A stretch of 63,860 nt of DNA from a bacterium (GTDB lineage: Bacteria; Actinomycetota; Thermoleophilia; RBG-16-64-13), in contig JAZDLO010000235.1 of NCBI GenBank assembly GCA_043801935.1, forward strand, positions 1 to 63,860, in the 5' to 3' direction. A program made the translations under genes and the position numbers. The notes under the pieces were generated by a model. The model was not told the origin of the DNA. It ran no database searches and saw only the letters and a program-made list of their open reading frames with translations. Position 1 is the stretch's first letter, and the number at the start of each line of letters is the position of its first letter. Below are positions 45,519 to 54,576 of this stretch, in pieces.

Positions 45519-45559
45519 TCATCGCCTTTCGTGCGAGTATTCTACCTTATGAGCGCTTA

Positions 45560-45588
45560 TTGCACTCTGCGCGCAATCATCGTATACT
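45560..45588 (+). promoter_or_regulatory. Sigma70-type promoter for the riboswitch/surface protein operon
   Basis: TTGCAC-17 nt-TATACT. Confidence 0.75.
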
Positions 45589-45639
45589 CACGATGGATAG
45601 TCTCGCGGTATTTGCGTTGGATCATGCGAAGAAGCGAGA

Positions 45640-45732
45640 CCGGGGTGCGATGACCTCATAGGACCAGTATCGGTTGCCGGGAGTGCGTGACACTCCAGTC
45701 CTCTGAGAGAGCAAGTGGTGAGACCGACCCGG
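45640..45732 (+). ncRNA. c-di-GMP-II-type riboswitch aptamer (variant)
   Basis: P1 CCGGG/CCCGG; kink-turn UGC-GAU-GA...GA-GCA; P3 CUCA-U-AGGAC/GUCCU-C-UGAG; pseudoknot GG-UUGCC/GGUGA-GA-CC; 3' signature GAGCAAGUGGUGAGACCGACC. Confidence 0.8.
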
Positions 45733-45789
45733 ATGCCCGACACGTCTGTCGGGCCTATATGGGACGGAACGCTCTCAAGGAGGGGCAGC

Positions 45790-47406
45790 ATGAAACTGAA
45801 GACGCCTCGACGGATCGGTCTTGGCTCCGCATTTGCAGTCGCGACTCTGGTCGTGGTCGTCCTTTCCGCCTCCCTGGCGTTGGCGGACAAGCCGACACAG
45901 TTGGAGATAAACAAGGTCCTGATCGCGGGCACCAGCGACTACGACGAGCAGGAGTTCTCGGTACAAGTTCAAGGACTTGGAGAACTGGTCTACGACCAGA
46001 TTCACACCTTCGGGTCAAACAAGAAGATCACTCTTGACTTGCTTCCGGGCGAGTACACGATCACCGAGGTCGACATTCCCTCGGATATCCAGAGTAGCCA
46101 CAGTAGCGGTCAACAAGTCACAGTGACCGAGGCAGAAAAGGCCACCGTCACGGTGACCAATACGTACATTGAGACCGAGAGAGAAGGCATCGAGGACTGG
46201 GCCGGCAACGGCGGCGAGAACAACTGCCAGTACGGTGGCTACTATCACTGGATCCTGACCGCCGGAGGAGGCGGCAGCACGGGATTCGAGGTCCTCTCGG
46301 CTGAACTTACGGTCCACTACAAGGGAGTCGCGGAGACGACCGTCACACAAGGCGAACGCCGGAGCGGCACGGGCAAGGGTGCCATGCACTTCGACGTTCA
46401 TGGCGCGCCAGGGGAAGTCCTGAGCGCCTCTGCGACATACCGGTATATCGGCACGCCTGGCAACCTCGTTCTGACCATCAGCGACGCGACCTGCGACCTG
46501 GCGGAGACGGGTTCACTTCAGATCACCAAGGAGATCGTCGACGCACCTGACGCCACCTGGACCCCCGCGGACTTCTCGATCTCGGTGACGGGCCCATCGC
46601 CGGCGAAGACGGTCGTGCACTCCGGGGCGTTCCCGGCCGGCGGGGTGATCACCATCAACGATCTCGATCCAGGCACCTACACGATTACCGAATCCGACCC
46701 GGGCGCCAACTGGATCGTGACTGGCTCCGGGGACGTCAGCGTGGTCGTCCGCCAGACTACCGGCGTCACCATCACCAACACCTGGACGGAGGATGAGGAC
46801 GAGATCCTCGGCTCTCTGGTGGTCACCAAGTCGATGGTGAACCCGCCCAACGGTACTCCCGTCACCCAGTTCTCGGTACAGGTGACCGGCCCCGGCGGCT
46901 ACGACGTCACCCGGTCGTTCTTGGGCAACGGAACGGCCACGTTTGACGATCTTGCCCTTGGCGTATACACCGTGGCTGAGATCGCCGCGGGCGGTGACTA
47001 CACGGTGGGCTACTCTCTGGACGACCAGATCACCTTGACCCCGACCGACCCTGACGGCGCCATCACCATCACCAACACCTGGTCCACGACTAGTAGAAGC
47101 CTGTCCCCGGACACCACGGAACCGACCGACACCACAGAGAGCTCCGATACCACTGCGTCGACGGATCTGCCCGCGACGACCGAGCCCACCGACGTCGAGG
47201 TCGAGACCACCGAACCAACGGACTCGCCCACCACCTCGGTAAGCTCGGGCCCGGTGACCTCTACGCCCACCCCGAGCGGCATCCAAACGGGTGGCGGCGG
47301 GACCGCCGGCCTCGGAGTCGGGATCTGGGCTCTCATCGCCATGGCGAGTGTCCTGGGTATCGGTCTTTCGGCCTCCGCCGTTCGGCTGCGCCAGAAGGCG
47401 AAGTAA
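45790..47406 (+). CDS. Sortase-anchored surface protein with repeated SpaA/CnaB-like beta domains and a T/S/P-rich stalk
   Basis: Signal peptide (ASLALA); repeats L.I.K...F.V.V.G...L.PG.YT(I/V).E...(V/I)T(V/I)TNT; C-terminal PSGIQTGGGG, TM helix, RLRQKAK; AAGGAGG RBS. Confidence 0.85.
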   Translation: MKLKTPRRIGLGSAFAVATLVVVVLSASLALADKPTQLEINKVLIAGTSDYDEQEFSVQVQGLGELVYDQIHTFGSNKKITLDLLPGEYTITEVDIPSDIQSSHSSGQQVTVTEAEKATVTVTNTYIETEREGIEDWAGNGGENNCQYGGYYHWILTAGGGGSTGFEVLSAELTVHYKGVAETTVTQGERRSGTGKGAMHFDVHGAPGEVLSASATYRYIGTPGNLVLTISDATCDLAETGSLQITKEIVDAPDATWTPADFSISVTGPSPAKTVVHSGAFPAGGVITINDLDPGTYTITESDPGANWIVTGSGDVSVVVRQTTGVTITNTWTEDEDEILGSLVVTKSMVNPPNGTPVTQFSVQVTGPGGYDVTRSFLGNGTATFDDLALGVYTVAEIAAGGDYTVGYSLDDQITLTPTDPDGAITITNTWSTTSRSLSPDTTEPTDTTESSDTTASTDLPATTEPTDVEVETTEPTDSPTTSVSSGPVTSTPTPSGIQTGGGGTAGLGVGIWALIAMASVLGIGLSASAVRLRQKAK

Positions 47407-47449
47407 CTCTGTTGGAAAGCGGCCGCTCGTGACGACTAGACACGCCTAC

Positions 47450-48127
47450 ATGCAGATGCGGAGGCGCCGTGGTCCCCGATGGCCCGCGGCGCTCCTCCTC
47501 GCCGCGTCCTTGGTGATGGTCGTGACCGCGACCGCTCTGGCCACGAGTGAAGGCCAGGTTGTGAAGACCGCCTCCTCGGTGCCCTCTTCGACCAAGCAGA
47601 CATTGGGCGCCATGATCTCGCCCACTTCCTCTGCAACCGCCATCGCCACCAGCTTGTCGACAACGACCACCATCTACATCCACGCGATCCCCCACCCTGT
47701 TCGCATCGTCATTCCTGCCATCGAGGTCGATGCGACCACCATAGACGTGGGTCTCCTCGACGGCGGGGACATGGAGGTGCCTCCCTTCGGGAAGGCTGGA
47801 TGGTATGCATTGGGGCCGGCACCCGGAGCAGGCGGCCCCGCGGTTCTGGTCGCCCATGTGGACTCCACCAAGGGTCCGGACGTCTTTTACCGGCTGAAAG
47901 ATCTGAAGCCCGGGGATGAGATCCTCGTCTACGGTGAGGACGGCGATCTGGCGACGTTCGTCATGGACACGAAGGAGCAGCAACTCAAGAGTGAACTACC
48001 GGTCGAACGCATTTGGAGCGACACCTGGGAGCCGGTCATCCGTCTCATCACCTGTGGGGGTGAGTTTGACCGCGATTCTCGGCACTACCTATCCAACGTC
48101 ATTGTCTACGGGCACTTGACGAAGTAG
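47450..48127 (+). CDS. Class F sortase
   Basis: P.RI.IP.I.VDA, GWY..G..PG..G..V..AHVD, F..L..L.PGD, LITCGG.FD...RHY.SN; start may be GTG 47429. Confidence 0.9.
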   Translation: MQMRRRRGPRWPAALLLAASLVMVVTATALATSEGQVVKTASSVPSSTKQTLGAMISPTSSATAIATSLSTTTTIYIHAIPHPVRIVIPAIEVDATTIDVGLLDGGDMEVPPFGKAGWYALGPAPGAGGPAVLVAHVDSTKGPDVFYRLKDLKPGDEILVYGEDGDLATFVMDTKEQQLKSELPVERIWSDTWEPVIRLITCGGEFDRDSRHYLSNVIVYGHLTK

Positions 48128-48222
48128 GGAAGTCATTGCCGGCAATCGGCCGGAGCCGCCGACAGCGCCGGGGGGTGGAGGCCCGGTGGATGCCCGGTGC
48201 GGGCCTGGTGCTCGGCTCCGCC

Positions 48223-48251
48223 TTGCTCTCATTTGGGTCAGGCCTTATACT
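48223..48251 (+). promoter_or_regulatory. Sigma70-type promoter for the NiCo-CDF transcript
   Basis: TTGCTC-17 nt-TATACT immediately before the aptamer. Confidence 0.75.
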
Positions 48252-48254
48252 GCG

Positions 48255-48352
48255 GCCTTGATCAGGCAGCCCCAGTGTGTGGACGTCGATGGCGCACGCG
48301 GGGTGTAGCCGGGCTTCGAGCAGCAGGCACGTGAGCTCTGCGGGACGTGAGG
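48255..48352 (+). ncRNA. NiCo (czcD)-type metal-sensing riboswitch aptamer
   Basis: Four-way-junction signature UGAUCAGGC...AGCCGGGC-UUCG-AGC-AGCAG...CUGCGGGAC upstream of a CDF gene. Confidence 0.8.
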
Positions 48353-48370
48353 GTCCTGCGGAGCTTTTTC
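48334..48370 (+). terminator. Riboswitch-controlled intrinsic terminator
   Basis: 13-bp stem AGCTCTGCGGGAC/GTCCTGCGGAGCT then TTTT; 5' arm overlaps the aptamer 3' strand; lies before the CDS. Confidence 0.85.
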
Positions 48371-48390
48371 TGCGTGTTTGGGGGTCAGTC

Positions 48391-49380
48391 ATGGAGCTAG
48401 CCAGCAAGAAGACCAGTGTCGCCGCGCTGTCTGTGGCCTCCAACAGCCTGCTCATCATCCTCAAGGTCATCGTCGGCCTGCTCATCGGGTCGGTGTCGGT
48501 CCTGTCGGAAGCCATCCACTCTGGCGTCGACCTCATCGCCGCCGTGATCACCCTGTTCGCGGTGCGCGCATCTGGTCAAGAGGCGGACGAGCGGCATCCC
48601 TACGGCCACGGCAAGTTCGAGAACATCTCCGGGACCATCGAGGCGCTGCTCATCTTTGCAGCCGCCGCCTGGATCATCTATGAAGCCGTGCACAAGCTCA
48701 TCCTTCCCCAGGAGATCGACATGCCCTATTGGGGAGTGGGGGTCATGCTCGTGTCCGCGCTCGTGAACACGGTGGTCTCGAAGCGTTTGTTCAAGGTCGG
48801 CAAGGCAACGGATTCGGTAGCTCTGCAGGCCGATGCCTGGCACCTGCGAACCGACGTGTACACCTCGCTGGGGGTAATGGGCGGGCTGCTGGTGATCTGG
48901 GTAGGGGGAATGATCTCTCCGGGTCTCGAACTGCGCTGGTTGGATCCCGTGGTCGCCATCCTGGTCGCGCTCATGATCATGAAGGCGGCCTACGATCTGA
49001 CCCGGGAGTCGGCCCGCGATCTTCTTGACGTGAGCCTGCCCGATGAGGATGTGGAGTGGATCGCCGGTTTCGTCACCGAAGGCTGGCCTGCGGTACGGAG
49101 CTTTCATAATCTCCGCACGCGGAAAGCCGGGGCGAACCGCTTCATCGACTTCCATCTGGCGGTCGACGACCAGATGTCGGTGGCCGACGCCCACGCTCTG
49201 GGCGATGAGATCGTGGTGGCCATCAAAGAGCGACTGGCTGAGTCCCGGGTCCAGATACACGTGGAACCGTGCGATTTCACGTGTAAGGTCTCGTGCGCGA
49301 GCGGGTGCTCGGTTGACGAGGGGGGGCGGCGGCGCGGGCGAGGACTATCCGATGCCAGGCGAGCGCCGGAGGACGTCTAA
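48391..49380 (+). CDS. Cation diffusion facilitator (CDF) transporter with Cys-rich tail
   Basis: SEAIHSGVD, HPYGHGKFE, ADAWHLRTD, H.LRTR, IHVEP then CxxxCxxxCxxxC. Confidence 0.94.
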   Translation: MELASKKTSVAALSVASNSLLIILKVIVGLLIGSVSVLSEAIHSGVDLIAAVITLFAVRASGQEADERHPYGHGKFENISGTIEALLIFAAAAWIIYEAVHKLILPQEIDMPYWGVGVMLVSALVNTVVSKRLFKVGKATDSVALQADAWHLRTDVYTSLGVMGGLLVIWVGGMISPGLELRWLDPVVAILVALMIMKAAYDLTRESARDLLDVSLPDEDVEWIAGFVTEGWPAVRSFHNLRTRKAGANRFIDFHLAVDDQMSVADAHALGDEIVVAIKERLAESRVQIHVEPCDFTCKVSCASGCSVDEGGRRRGRGLSDARRAPEDV

Positions 49381-49482
49381 AGCGCTGTTGCCCGGGGAAC
49401 ACGCCGCCACGCGGTGGCGGTTTCGCATTTCGGCGCTCTCAGGCATACTGGAAGCCTCTTGAACCAGACCAAGGAGGCGGGC

Positions 49483-51810
49483 GTGGCCAGCGGCGAGCCG
49501 GGGCAGGGGAATGGGGCGGCGGTGCCGGGTCGATCGGCAGCGGCTGGAGGCATGGCGGCGCAAGCAGGGGAGCCTGGACCGGCGGCTAGGCCCGGGCGGG
49601 CGCTGATCGAGGACGCCTTGCGGGCCGGCGCGTCTGCTCTCGACGAGGCGGCCGGTAAGCAGCTCTTCGCCGCGTATGGGATCCCGGTGCCACGGGGAGC
49701 TACGACCACCTCGCCCGATGAGGCCGTCCGGGTGGCGGGGGAGATCGGCTATCCCGTGGTGATGAAGGGGTCTTCTCCCCAGGTGCAGCACAAGACCGAT
49801 GCCGGTCTGGTGCTTTTGGGTCTGATGGACGACGTTGAGGTCCGCGAAGGCTACCGAACGCTCGAGACCCGGGCGGACGCCGCCGGCGTCACGCTCGACG
49901 GGGTCCTGGTGGAGCACATGGTCGCCGGCAAGCGGGAGTTCGTAGTGGGCCTTATCCGCGATCACCTGTTCGGACCGGTGGTGATGTTCGGTCTGGGCGG
50001 CATTCTCACCGAGGCGCTCCACGATGTGGCCTTCGCCGTTGCCCCGCTCGACGACGCCGACGCGCACGAACTCCTCGAGCAGATAGAGGCCAAAGTCCTC
50101 TTGGGCCCCTTCCGGGGCTCGCCGGCGGTCGATCGCGATGCCTTGGCCGCCGTTATCAAGGCCGTTGGACGGATGGCCGCGGACCATCCCGAGATCCGGG
50201 AGATCGACGTCAACCCCTTGCTCATCGACGGCGGCACTCCCGTGGCGGTGGATGCCCTGATAGCCCTGGGCGAGCCGGTGGAGCCTTCGACCAGACCGCC
50301 GGCCGATATCTCCCGGTTGGACGCGCTGGTGGCTCCCCGCTGCGTCGCAGTGGTCGGCGCTTCCTCGGACACAGACAAGTGGGGCGGGATGTTGGTGGCC
50401 AACCTGGTACTAGGCGGCTTTCCGGGCACCATCTACCCGGTCAACCCCAAGGGAGGCACCATCCTCGGGCTACGCGTGCACGCGAGCGTCGCGGATCTCC
50501 CCGAGACTCCCGATCTGGTCATCGTGGCCGTCCATGCTTCTCTCGTTAACGCGGTGGTGGAGCAGTGCGGGCGCAAGGGCGTCTCGGCGCTGGTGGTGGT
50601 GTCGGCAGGATTCTCCGAGGCCGGCCCGGCGGGCGAGGCCCTGGAGGAGCAGTTGGTGGCAATCGCCGAGAAGTACGACATGGCCCTGGTAGGTCCGAAC
50701 TGCATGGGTGTGATCTCCTCGCACAACGATCTCTACGGCACAGGTTTCATGTTGGTGAGGCCGGCACCTGGGGGAGCCAGCATGGTGTCGCAGTCCGGCA
50801 ACTTGGGCCTGCAGTTGCTGGTGGCGGCCGAGAGGCGCAAGGGCGGGGTGGGTAAGTTCATCGGGGTCGGCAACGAGGCCATGATCGACGCCGTGGACTT
50901 CATCAACTACCTGCGCACGGACCCGGACACCAACACCATCGTCGCCTACATGGAGGGCTTCGACGACGGCCGGCGCCTTCTGGACGTCACTCGGACCACC
51001 ACGCTGGAGAAGCCGGTGGTGGTGCTGCACGGCGGCGCGACCGACTACGGGAAGCAGGCGGCCGCTTCCCACACTGGGGCTATGGCCTCCTCGACTGCGG
51101 TGTTCGATGCCGCCGCCCGGCAATCGGGGATGATCGTGACCACCGACCCTGATGACTTCATGGACCTGGCTTTCGCTCTCTCCTACATGCCGCTTCCTCC
51201 GGGGAAACGGGTGGCCGTAGCCACTCTCGGCGGGGGATGGGGGGTGCTGGTGGCCGATGAGATCGCCCGATGCGGCCTGGAGTTGGCCGAACTGACTCCC
51301 GAGGTTGTCGAGGCGCTCAACGAATTGCTGCCGCCCTATTGGAGCCATTCCAACCCGATCGACATGGTGGCGACCATATCTGCCGGTGTCCCCGAAGCGG
51401 TGGTGGAGGCGCTGGCCGCCAGCGAGAGCGTCGACGCGGTCATCGTGATGGGAATAGTAGGCTCCATGAGCGAGAGCCGGCGCGTGGTCACCGAGATCGA
51501 GCATCTCAAGTCGGGCCTGGTGGGGAAGTCCGGGGGTGAAGACCTCGGCCGGGATGAGGAAGAGCCGGCCGAACCGGAACTGAGCGAGAGGGAGCTGGCT
51601 TTCATCGAGCAGACGGCGGCGCTGATGGACCGTTTCTGCAAACCCATAGCCAATATCTCGTCCAAGCCCATGAGCCAGGCTATCTTCTCGGTGGGAGGCC
51701 GGTTCTCGACCTTCGTCCTGCCGTCTCCACTCCGGGGAGTGCGGATCCTCGGCAAGATGGCCGACTACAGCGAGTATCTGCAGAAGAAGGGTCGCGAACT
51801 CCGCTGCTGA
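49483..51810 (+). CDS. ADP-forming acetate/acyl-CoA ligase, fused beta-alpha order
   Basis: N-terminal ATP-grasp (HKTD.G.V, FGPVVMFGLGG, EIDVNP), then CoA-binding and ligase domains (GPNCMG, SQSG, ASHTGAMA, NPID); GTG after AAGGAGG. Confidence 0.9.
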   Translation: MASGEPGQGNGAAVPGRSAAAGGMAAQAGEPGPAARPGRALIEDALRAGASALDEAAGKQLFAAYGIPVPRGATTTSPDEAVRVAGEIGYPVVMKGSSPQVQHKTDAGLVLLGLMDDVEVREGYRTLETRADAAGVTLDGVLVEHMVAGKREFVVGLIRDHLFGPVVMFGLGGILTEALHDVAFAVAPLDDADAHELLEQIEAKVLLGPFRGSPAVDRDALAAVIKAVGRMAADHPEIREIDVNPLLIDGGTPVAVDALIALGEPVEPSTRPPADISRLDALVAPRCVAVVGASSDTDKWGGMLVANLVLGGFPGTIYPVNPKGGTILGLRVHASVADLPETPDLVIVAVHASLVNAVVEQCGRKGVSALVVVSAGFSEAGPAGEALEEQLVAIAEKYDMALVGPNCMGVISSHNDLYGTGFMLVRPAPGGASMVSQSGNLGLQLLVAAERRKGGVGKFIGVGNEAMIDAVDFINYLRTDPDTNTIVAYMEGFDDGRRLLDVTRTTTLEKPVVVLHGGATDYGKQAAASHTGAMASSTAVFDAAARQSGMIVTTDPDDFMDLAFALSYMPLPPGKRVAVATLGGGWGVLVADEIARCGLELAELTPEVVEALNELLPPYWSHSNPIDMVATISAGVPEAVVEALAASESVDAVIVMGIVGSMSESRRVVTEIEHLKSGLVGKSGGEDLGRDEEEPAEPELSERELAFIEQTAALMDRFCKPIANISSKPMSQAIFSVGGRFSTFVLPSPLRGVRILGKMADYSEYLQKKGRELRC

Positions 51811-51888
51811 GCGAGCGTTACGCGCGCGTGCCTGTCGGGTCATGTATACACCGTTGGTCTCTCGGGGTAGCGGTGTAGGATGGTCGGC

Positions 51889-53181
51889 GTGAATGCTTAT
51901 GACAAGTCAGCCGGGGTGTCGTCGGTTCCGGCCGGGATCGCCCGGGAGATGGCGGCCGAAGGCGGGCGGGTCACATTCGCCCGGTTCATGGAGCTTGCCC
52001 TGACCCATCCCACCGACGGCTACTACAGCCGGACTGGGCGTCTCCTCGGCCGGCGGGGTCACTTCAGCACCGCTCCCCACCTTTCGCCGGCTTTTCGCGG
52101 GGCGGTGAGCAGGTTGCTCACCGAGTTGGTGGACGCCTCCTTGGCGAACATTTCGCCGGGCGACGCCTCCCTTGTTGACGCTTCGCCGGTAGACGCTTCG
52201 CACGTGGCGGTTCCGGCGGCCGCCGGACCGTCCGGCGCGGACGCTGTCGGGCGGCAGCCGTTCGCGGTCATCGAGCTGGGGGGAGGAGAGGGCGACCTGG
52301 TCGGCGCCGTACTGGAGGGATGGCAGGGGGCTCGCCCGGAGTTGCGGGAACGCGTCGTCTACAGCATCGTGGAGATCGGCGAAGGCTTGCGCGCGCGTCA
52401 GCGAGCGGCCGTATCGGGGATGTTGGCGCGGGGCTGGGATGTGCGCTGGGCCGATGCTCTGACCGGAGCGGTGGCCGGGACGCGTCCTGGGGTGATTGTC
52501 GGGAACGAGTTCGTCGATGCGCTGCCCGTTCATCTAGTAGACGTTCGCGGACCGCGACCGCTTGAAGCTTGGGTCGACCTCGACCCGGACGGGGGCGGTC
52601 GGGTGAGCGAGCTCTGGGGCGACCTGTCGCGGGAGGCCAAGGCCGAGCTGCGCTTCTTGTTCGGCGGCGCGGAGGGCGACCGCCTTCGGAGTCTGAGCCG
52701 CGACGGCGTCATGGAACTGCGTCCCACGGTCGGGTCTCTCCTGCGGCAGATCGTCGCTGTCATGCCGGAAGGTTGCCTACTCACCGTCGACTACGGCGAC
52801 TGGTTCAAGGGCGTCGAGGCCGGGACGGGGCGTTGGTGCGGTCCATCGGGTGAGCCATCATACGGTCGCACCGTGCGGGGCTATTTTAGGCATCAGCTGG
52901 TCACCGACCCCTACGTGCGCGTCGGGAACCAAGACCTGACCGCGGACGTGGACTTCCGTGCACTCGATCTCCACGGCCGCGAGTCCGGCTTCGAGACCGT
53001 GCTGTTCACGAGCGTCGCCGCTCTACTCCTGGCCGATGGGGGCGAGGCTGAGTTGAGCGTGCTCCAGGCGAGAGCGGGCGATTCACTCCAGGCGGATAGG
53101 GAGGCGGGGGTGTTGGAGGCCCTTCTCGACGAGCAGGGTCTCGGGGGGTCGTTCAAAGTCATGTTGCAGGTCAGGGGATAG
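51889..53181 (+). CDS. SAM-dependent methyltransferase, MidA/NDUFAF7 (DUF185) family
   Basis: F..FME.AL..P..GYY, F.TAP, ELG.G.G, NEF.DALPV, DYG, QDLTA.VDF; start GTG 51889 or ATG 51880. Confidence 0.88.
   Translation: MNAYDKSAGVSSVPAGIAREMAAEGGRVTFARFMELALTHPTDGYYSRTGRLLGRRGHFSTAPHLSPAFRGAVSRLLTELVDASLANISPGDASLVDASPVDASHVAVPAAAGPSGADAVGRQPFAVIELGGGEGDLVGAVLEGWQGARPELRERVVYSIVEIGEGLRARQRAAVSGMLARGWDVRWADALTGAVAGTRPGVIVGNEFVDALPVHLVDVRGPRPLEAWVDLDPDGGGRVSELWGDLSREAKAELRFLFGGAEGDRLRSLSRDGVMELRPTVGSLLRQIVAVMPEGCLLTVDYGDWFKGVEAGTGRWCGPSGEPSYGRTVRGYFRHQLVTDPYVRVGNQDLTADVDFRALDLHGRESGFETVLFTSVAALLLADGGEAELSVLQARAGDSLQADREAGVLEALLDEQGLGGSFKVMLQVRG
52126..52200 (+). repeat. Five degenerate 15-nt tandem units (xxDAS)
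   Basis: LVDAS-LANIS-PGDAS-LVDAS-PVDAS. Confidence 0.75.
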
Positions 53182-53186
53182 GAGCC

Positions 53187-54476
53187 TCACGGACTCGGAG
53201 CCGGCGCAGCTTCGTACAGCGCCCGGTCGCCCGACCGGGTCAACTCCAGTCCCAGACCGGCGCTCAGTTTGATCAAGCGGGTGAGGATCGCATCGGCCTC
53301 CTCGCCGCTGACTGGAGCGGGAACGCCGGTCGATGCGTGCAGGTAAACGGGCACCACCTCCACCGATGGCGGTCCTTCGTGTGCCATGGTCACCCGGAGG
53401 ACGAAGGCCTCCCCCGTCTCCCGGGAGTAATGGTCGAACACGAAGTCACCCAGGCTGTAGGCGATCAGCCTGTTGCGATAGAGCTCCAGTCCCTGGATCA
53501 CGTGGGGGTGATGCCCTAGTATCAGGTCGGCTCCGACGTCCACAGCCTGATGAGCCAGCCGGCGCTGGTCCTGACTGGCCCGTCCCGTGTACTCAGTCCC
53601 CCAGTGGAAGCTCACGATCACGAAATCCGCCTTCTCGTTCGCGGAGGCGATGGCGGCGAGCAGCTTCTTACGGTCAGGCGTGGTGGGATTGACGCCCGGC
53701 TGTCTGGCGGTGGCCGCAAAGCCGCCCGGGACGATATCGGTGAAGGCCAGCACCGCGACGACGCCGGCGGGGGTGATGAGCAAGGCGGGCGCTTGCGCCG
53801 CCGAAGCATCGGCTCCGGCGCCGGCGTGCGCCACTCCAGCGTCATCCAGTCTGACGATCGTGTCGAGCAGAGCGGCCGGACCATAGTCAAGGGTGTGATT
53901 GTTGGCCAAGCTCACCACGTCGACGCCGGCCGAAACCAGGCCTCGGGTCATCAGGGGGCGGCCGCGGAAAGTGTACTCCTTGTAAGGGTTGCGGGTGCCC
54001 TTGTCGGAGACGGGTGACTCGAGATTGACGAAGGCGATGTGGGCTGTCTCCAGAAAAGGTCTGACCTCGGCCAGGACCGCCTCACCACCGTTCTCGTCGA
54101 TGAATGCCCCCACTCCTCGGTCGCCGAGGACGTCGCCGCCGGCTGCCACCGTCAGTGGCAGAGGCGGCGCTTCGGTGGTCGAAGTGGTGGTCGACGTACT
54201 TGTCGACACGGTGGGCGAGGAGGCGGATGTGGTCACCGGGGAGAAGGTCGACGTGGTGGCCTGGGCCGTGGTCACAGTCACCGCCGGGGCCGGCTCCCTG
54301 GGGGTCGCGGCCCCTGCGGCCACGGTCGCCGAAGCTCGAGACGCGGATCCTGCCCCACCGGCGCCCCACAGGTAGAAACCGGTCAGCACGACGGCCGCCG
54401 CCCACAGAACCGCGGCGAGGATCGCCAGCGTGCGATTGGTGAAGAGCGCTCTCCCGGGTGTGTCCTTGGGGGCCAT
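53187..54476 (-). CDS. CapA/PGA_cap family metallophosphoesterase with membrane anchor and Thr-rich stalk
   Basis: GDV, NLE, LANNH..DYG, HWG.EY, GHHPHV.Q, YSLG.F. Confidence 0.9.
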   Translation of the reverse strand: MAPKDTPGRALFTNRTLAILAAVLWAAAVVLTGFYLWGAGGAGSASRASATVAAGAATPREPAPAVTVTTAQATTSTFSPVTTSASSPTVSTSTSTTTSTTEAPPLPLTVAAGGDVLGDRGVGAFIDENGGEAVLAEVRPFLETAHIAFVNLESPVSDKGTRNPYKEYTFRGRPLMTRGLVSAGVDVVSLANNHTLDYGPAALLDTIVRLDDAGVAHAGAGADASAAQAPALLITPAGVVAVLAFTDIVPGGFAATARQPGVNPTTPDRKKLLAAIASANEKADFVIVSFHWGTEYTGRASQDQRRLAHQAVDVGADLILGHHPHVIQGLELYRNRLIAYSLGDFVFDHYSRETGEAFVLRVTMAHEGPPSVEVVPVYLHASTGVPAPVSGEEADAILTRLIKLSAGLGLELTRSGDRALYEAAPAPSP

Positions 54477-54576
54477 GCCTGTGAGTATAATAGCCGAACC
54501 TGCCAGGCGAGCGATGGTCGCAGCGCGCGGGCGAAGAGATCCGGCAAATCGCTGTCAATGGAGGCCTCCGAGGGCA

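Noticed and set aside
45440-48220. Genomic island or prophage integrated at the tmRNA 3' end
   Set aside because: No integrase and no direct repeat of the ssrA 3' end seen; the only match noticed (GCCTCCACC near 48175) is short and inverted.
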